A stretch of 64,000 nt of DNA from Bdellovibrionota bacterium (lineage in GTDB: Bacteria > Bdellovibrionota_C > UBA2361 > CAKMMH01). How positions within the stretch are numbered: position 1 is the first letter of the stretch; each line of letters starts with the position of its first letter. Of the stretch, positions 63,374 through 64,000 are shown piece by piece. The stretch spans positions 339,526 to 403,525 of the forward strand of contig JBMNLI010000017.1 of the NCBI GenBank assembly GCA_050952645.1. Reading direction: 5' to 3'. The position numbers and the translations under genes were made by a program. The notes under the pieces are model-generated. The model searched no databases, had not been told where the DNA came from, and saw only the letters and a list, made by a program, of their open reading frames with translations.

Positions 63374-64000
63374 CTAATCTTTCTTATTATCTTTAGTCGA
63401 GTATCCTTGTTTTTCCCATAGTTTAAGATATTTTAAAAACACGTAATAGCTTTCTATAATAGCAACTGCAAAGCCAGAGAAGCCTTCACGATATCCTTTT
63501 TTAAAAATATAAAATTTAATAAATCTAAAAATTGGATTAAAGACTAAATTGTGCCATTTAAATTTTTTGCCCTTTTTAAATAACACCTCAGCAGAAATAT
63601 TTGAAAATTTATTTAGCGTTTGTATATGATGAGTTATATTATCATAAGTATAATGTTCTAACTCTTTCTTTAATCTTCCAATTTTTCCCGATTTAACGAT
63701 AGCGTGTTCATGTGGCTCATCTCCACTCCAAACGGTTTCGCTTCTTTTTAAAAGTCTTAACCTATATTCTGGATACCAACCCCCTCTTTGCCACCATTTA
63801 TTCATATAATACACTACTCTTAAGAGTTCAAAGCCCGTAATGTTTTTTTTCAGTAGTTTTCTTATCATTAATTTTATTTAAAATTTCATTTTTTAATTCT
63901 TCAGATACTGCTTCATCTGCATCTAGATTTAACACCCACTCTGATGAGCAATTATCTAGCCCGAATTGTTTTTGTAATTTAAAGCCAGGCCAAGGTCTTT
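63374..64000 (-). CDS. Glycosyltransferase family 2 (KdtX/LgtF-like); partial at the window edge, frameshift at A8 near 63843-63850
   Basis: WPGFKLQKQFG...WVLNLDADE upstream in another frame; GWYPEYRLRL, PHE and YREGFSGF downstream. Confidence 0.85.

Overview
Very AT-rich bacterial sequence; gene content (Geobacter/Myxococcus-style pilin, delta-type SspB, HDOD, DapL) suggests a deltaproteobacteria/Bdellovibrionota-like organism (inference). Most of the window is housekeeping: type IV minor pilins and pilA, ispA, def, a RimK-like protease/transglutaminase/ATP-grasp trio, maf, leuS, valS, tmRNA with sspB, tag, GH57, gspL/M-like genes, tRNA-Arg(UCU), dapL, dapF, secA, hemW, DUF2207, yhaO/yhaN-like genes and a GT2. 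The main surprise is at about 6.7-12.2 kb, which the ORF track mostly misses because of many 1-nt indels. It holds a complete plasmid/chromid-type replicon module: auxiliary iterons, two 17-bp parS-like palindromes, parB and parA, then a divergent 22-bp-phased iteron array and an RPA-family replication initiator, all embedded among essential genes, with no DnaA box seen. Other observations: a 4x ~124-bp duplication of a MerR gene 3' end fused to a C5-DNA methyltransferase remnant; a Z-alpha-like/SF1 helicase/DUF559 nuclease gene at the tmRNA 3' end; a MITE with an 8-bp TSD and dispersed relatives; a second intergenic repeat family; ORF-poor, GGAGG-rich structured transcripts at the window start; two mini-proteins resembling flagellar axial proteins; and three small two-TM genes in tandem. 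Scattered single-base frameshifts are probably long-read assembly errors. All homology calls come from motif recognition by eye; no searches were run.
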